Assembly: GCF_006345805.1 (NCBI RefSeq)
Contig: NC_043003.1
Coordinates: 102,672,001-102,736,000 of the forward strand
Direction: 5' to 3'
Origin: Octopus sinensis
Taxonomy: Eukaryota
DNA: 64,000 nt
The position numbers were made by a program, and so were the translations under genes. The notes beneath the pieces were generated by a model. It had not been told where the DNA came from. It searched no databases and saw only the letters and a program-made list of their open reading frames with translations. Below are positions 63,300 through 64,000 of this stretch, in pieces; position 1 is the first letter of the stretch, and each line of letters opens with the position of its first letter.

Positions 63300-64000
63300 A
63301 AAGGAAAATACGCACATAGTTTTAATATAATTTTTAATACATCGACCGGTTTCGCTATCGCTATTCAAGATATTATGTTTTACTTATTTGAATATACATT
63401 TTTTCTTAAGAAGAAATTTGGTCCATGTTGTGTGTGATGAAATTCACGAGTGAATGACTTCACAAGTGGATAAATAAAGGGAGGTAATTGGTTGTCATTA
63501 TTATTGTTATTGTTGTGGGTAAGGGAGATAACTGTTCAGTTTTCGGTAATGGGCGGGGATTATATATGTGTGCAGACAGAGACAAGTTTCAAAAAACCTT
63601 GTTTAGTAGGGGATTTATGTACAGTGATGTAATCGTGAATTGAAATATGTAAAAAGATAAAAGCTGGTTATGCGTGCATATTAAAACGTGTTTTGTATTT
63701 TTCAATGAAAAAAGTTTCTTTATTTAAACGTTCTAGTTGAGAGATTGCGTCTTTGCACTGGTTGAAAGGGAAGACTGAAATTTGGTTTGATGTTACCTGT
63801 CTTCCCTTTCTACCAGTGCAAAGACGCAATCTTTCAACTAGAACGTTTAAATAAAGAAACTTTTTTCATTGAGAAATACAAAACACGTCTTAATATGCAC
63901 GCATAACCAGCTTTTATCTTTTTACATATTTCAATTCACGATTACATCACTGTACATAAATCCCCTACTAAACAAGGTTTTTGAAACTTGTCTCTCTCTG
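63300..64000. mobile_element. Penelope-like element end as a divergent inverted pair (GIY-YIG C-terminus plus pLTR)
   Basis: Arms 63573-63775 and 63799-64000 are inverted with several mismatches. Plus-strand 63796-63906 encodes PVFPFYQCKD...RLNKETFFIEKYKTRLN*, typical of the PLE endonuclease end. A decayed hammerhead-like GAAACCGGUC lies at 63340-63371 on the minus strand. Confidence 0.75.

Overview
This is AT-rich, microsatellite-saturated animal genomic DNA. The SINE families and repeat landscape look like octopus/cephalopod (inference). I found no convincing host protein-coding exon, rRNA, true tRNA or CRISPR; nearly all ORFs in the supplied track are microsatellite read-throughs or transposon debris. 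The window is a graveyard of nested mobile elements: a near-complete but decayed Ty3/Gypsy LTR element (27643-32195, minus), hAT elements (hATm-like 2158-4644; Buster/Charlie-like 21335-22203), three mariner remnants, one Tc1 remnant, non-autonomous Helitrons, TTAA MITEs, RTE and R4/Dong-like LINE fragments, Penelope-like elements (Poseidon-like and Naiad-like) and at least five SINE-type families. The most notable signal is a set of about ten type I hammerhead-ribozyme motifs from several short families, usually lying in or next to (TA)n tracts. Several families share non-canonical cores (CUGUGGA/CUGUAGA, CCGACGA, CCGAAGA) with intact stems, and one pair lies in a retrozyme-like tandem repeat (10838-11362). 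Several inverted duplications and templated insertions also occur; some may be assembly artefacts. All alignments and folds were done by eye, so coordinates of degenerate elements are approximate.
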